This document shows, piece after piece, positions 62,162-64,000 of a stretch of DNA of 64,000 bases (position 1 is the first letter of the stretch; each line of letters starts with the position of its first letter). Source of the stretch: Octopus sinensis (lineage: Eukaryota); contig NC_043005.1 in NCBI RefSeq assembly GCF_006345805.1, forward strand, positions 21,824,001 through 21,888,000, read 5' to 3'. The position numbers and the translations under genes are program-made. The notes under the pieces were generated by a model. That model was not told the origin of the DNA. It worked only from the letters and a program-made list of their open reading frames with translations, and ran no database searches.

Positions 62162-63264
62162 ACATATTCTTTTACTTGTTTTCTTCCATGAAGACATCTT
62201 AGAGCACAGTCTTGTCTTGTGTTAGATTATATTTAGAAGTGAAAATTTGATACATTTACTCTACATATAAATCACATCTTTTACCCACTATTCTATAAGG
62301 TTTAGCAAATTTTTCCCATTTGGCTGCCAAGGTTTCAAAAATTAAATGTTTATTGAAAATTTTAAAATTTGGTACAATGATGTAATTTTCAGAGCTGAAT
62401 TGCTGGAGTTCTTTCACATTTTCCAGAAAAATGTTTTTAAAAAGTTATAGAGGTTTAAAGTTTGATCATTTTCACCCAGTCAGGAAACAGGACTGTGTCA
62501 ACATCCTGAAAATAGCACAAGTTGTCAATATTTATATTCTACACCTAGAAAATGAGTAACCAACATTTCCTTTGTAGTTTTAAGCATTCAATATGCATTT
62601 ACTGCGATAAACAGCACATTAAAAATTTAAAATTTTTAAAAAACAAACATTTAATCATTCAAAATGCATTTTGGTAGGTAAAACAATAGAACACAGTGCC
62701 AACAAGTGGTTTCAATATATTTGCCAACACGTGCTTTCTCACAGACAAAAGATTTCTCATGTCCAGGTTGTTACTATGGAAACAGGCATGAATGTGTCTG
62801 TGGCTTACGATTGGCTAAAATTACCCAAAATTTTCAAACTTTTATAGACAATAACTCTTTATTTATTGATTTATAGCAAAAGTGATTTTCATGGCATTGA
62901 TTAACCTGTAAAAGTATATCATTACACTAAATATGAAATCAATTCAAACAGAAATTGTAATTGGCAGCTAAACAGAAAAGATCTGGTTTAGCCTTACTAA
63001 TAATATCCCAGCCAATTGAATATTTTTGTTACTATCTTTTAACAACCAAATTAATTTACTTTTTGGGACTGAACCTAGAACCATGTGGTTTGGAAGGAAG
63101 CTTTTTTGTGACTCAAGGTCTGATAGTTTTGTGTTTTGGCATGCACAAACCTCTCAGACCTTGAATCAATTCATTACTTTGGCTAAATATTAATAAAAAT
63201 ATGCATATACTCATATTTTGAGTTCTATTTTTCCTGTTTGTTCCACCATCACCATACCTGTATA

Positions 63265-63440
<176 letters not shown>

Positions 63441-63589
63441 GGCAGGTAGGCAGGCACATAGAAGCTAATAAAACAAGGAAGGGTAAGAGGTAAAGTTTTT
63501 TGATGTTTCCATTGAAGTTATAGCAATTTCATAATCTACTGAAAGAGAGAAATGATGACATAAGAACAGAGGTGATAATGTGTGGTGAA

Positions 63590-63990
63590 GAACTGTGGAA
63601 ATCCTTGTTCTGCCATTCAGTCACCTTCTGAAGGAAGGTAAAATAACCTCACTGTGGCAAAAGTTGAATCCCACCATGCATAATAAGAAGGGTGGCAAAG
63701 CAGATATAAGAAACTACTATCCCATATGCATCTTCTCTCACCTCTATAAGCTGTTTACAAAGGTCATTGTCATTAGACTATTGAAGCATCTTGTTGATCA
63801 GTAGCTGAGGAAGAAAACAGATTTACATATGGACTACAGTACAGTGGACCACATATTGAAGCTAACATAGGTTATAGAACAAGCAAAAGACTACAAATTG
63901 CCTCTGTGTTTCACTTTCATTGACTATGGAAAATCCCTCAATAATGTTCAGATGAACACAATGCAAAAATGTCTGGAAGTGTAAGGTGTC
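63590..63990 (+). mobile_element. Degenerate LINE RT fragment (RTE-like)
   Basis: KKGGKADIRNYYPICIFSHLYKLFTKVI..STVDHI..LPLCFTFIDY, with stops. Confidence 0.6.
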
Positions 63991-64000
63991 AAGGCATAAT

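Overview
This is AT-rich, microsatellite-laden eukaryotic genomic DNA. The repeat families (RTE LINE tails ending in (GAT)n, tRNA-derived SINEs, Tx1-like LINEs, mariners) suggest a cephalopod such as Octopus; this is an inference. The whole window is the interior of one large + strand gene. I find 16 coding exons between 283 and 61984, all with AG/GT ends, all multiples of 3 and all phase 1-1. Each exon encodes one domain: a PAN/apple type A domain (231/234 nt), a PAN/apple type B domain (240 nt), or a compact sushi/CCP domain (171 nt). The order is A0-Sa-Sb-B1-A2-Sc-B2-A3-Sd-Sa'-Sb'-B1'-A2'-Sc'-B2'-A3'. Spliced together they give 3321 nt (1107 codons) with no stop. No start codon, signal peptide or terminal exon lies in the window. 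The array was built by exon-cassette duplication plus a ~32 kb higher-order duplication, and paired exons differ mostly at amino-acid-changing sites while Cys/Trp are invariant. The introns contain a young 5'-truncated RTE LINE with a PHD finger inside its RT, many truncated copies of its 3' end, a BovB-like RTE, two Tx1-like LINEs, mariner/maT/Gypsy relics, hammerhead-ribozyme-like motifs and several long hairpins. Domain names come from recognised Cys/motif spacing, not HMM searches. Exon coordinates are exact; TE boundaries are approximate.
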